DNA from: Takakia lepidozioides
Lineage: Eukaryota > Plantae > Bryophyta
DNA: 64,000 bases
Assembly: GCA_030704615.1 (NCBI GenBank)
Contig: CM060732.1
Span: forward strand, 2,976,001-3,040,000
Direction: 5' to 3'
How positions within the stretch are numbered: the first letter of the stretch is position 1; every line of letters starts with the position of its first letter. Of the stretch, positions 63,090-64,000 are shown piece after piece. The notes below the pieces were generated by a model. The model did not search any database and was not told the origin of the DNA. It saw only the letters and a program-made list of their open reading frames with translations. A program made the translations under genes and the position numbers.

Positions 63090-63713
63090 ATGGTTCACAG
63101 CTGCATGATATCAGAAGTTTCTTTGTCGAGAAGTACTCTCGGTAGGGTGGGTTTGCCTGACCATCATTATTCGGTCTCTGGAGCTGGATGTGACTGCCGT
63201 CACAGGTTGTCTTACAGAGAGCGAGGGAGGGCTGGGTTCTACAAGCTTGCTGTTTACCAGGAGTCTGCCCGCAAGAGACAAGTAGTGGAGGCATTGGATA
63301 ACGACGTTGTGGGTAGGGTGACCAGGGGTGTGCGCGTTTGTAGTAGACATAGTACAGGCCGCTCACGAATTTATATTCACCAAATGCATCTAGTAACTTT
63401 GTTCGCAAGGCAAAGAAGCTTGTTCCATCATAACTTGGCAATTGTTGACCTGTATGAGGAACCAGACAGAGTTCGACTTGTGTCAAGTCGCACCAGAGCT
63501 ATGATTCTTTCTTGTTCGAATTATACTTGTGACATGCCATATAATGGGACTCAGGCACCAGCTTCTGCAAGTCACTTGGACGGGAAAAAGAAGAAAGCGG
63601 AGGTTCTAGAGACAAGAGAAAAGGAAGACATGCACGTCAGGGACAACAGTGTCCCAGCATTCGTTCCTCTGCATGTGCACAGCGATTTCAGCCTGCTTGA
63701 AGGATCTTGTCAG
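63090..63713 (+). CDS. dnaE: First exon of a DNA polymerase III alpha (DnaE)-like protein with long N-terminal extension; continues beyond window
   Basis: FVPLHVHSDFSLLEGSCQ is the PHP N-terminal motif of DnaE (F.HLH.HS.YSLLDG); GT donor at 63714; only ~18 conserved residues visible. Confidence 0.62.
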
Positions 63714-64000
63714 GTGTGTCAAAAATTTCAGTTTCACTCGTCCTCATTCAAGTTTACCATGTGAGAAAGAAAGAAAGAAAGAAACTTTATAACGTCCACA
63801 GGGGCCGATGAGGAGGAGGGTCCATGGGACAGGGTAGTACAAAGGAATGACAATTCCAGGAGACATCAATTGACTTCCTAAGACGAGAGAGAGAGATTCA
63901 CATAGCATGTCAAAGCTAGACAAGGAAACACTAAGCACAATGTGCTGTGTTTGCCTCTTTTTAACGACATCATACAGCCTAATCTAGGCACCATCAAACT

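Overview
Eukaryotic nuclear DNA, most likely from a non-seed land plant (spliceosomal GT-AG introns, plant-type host genes). About 58 kb is a nest of transposons. It holds four copies or fragments of one chromodomain Ty3/Gypsy family (~726-bp TG..CA LTRs, tRNA-iMet PBS), two other Gypsy families, a Penelope-like retroelement with pseudo-LTRs and a CxC motif, an L1-type LINE, and several Mutator-like (MULE) elements. The MULE transposases have a Cys/His (WRKY/GCM-like) N-terminal region, a DDE core and a SWIM finger, and are flanked by arrays of GGCGCC-centred palindromes. The most striking feature is at 27659-32963: an apparently intact 9-exon gene (~1,080 aa; I checked all splice phases by hand) that fuses a ParB/Srx-type domain (VWDGNHR) to a beta-class N4C/N6A DNA-methyltransferase-like domain with an atypical DIPD catalytic motif. 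It lies head-to-head with a MULE transposase homolog, and its two long introns carry about 11 copies of a private ~24-bp palindrome. This suggests a large DNA transposon carrying a ParB-methylase module plus candidate cis sites; that reading is inference and needs testing. The last 6 kb holds host genes: RNase H2 subunit B (minus strand) and, divergently, the first exon of a bacterial-type DNA polymerase III alpha (DnaE/PHP) gene. All protein identities come from motif recognition by eye; no database searches were run.
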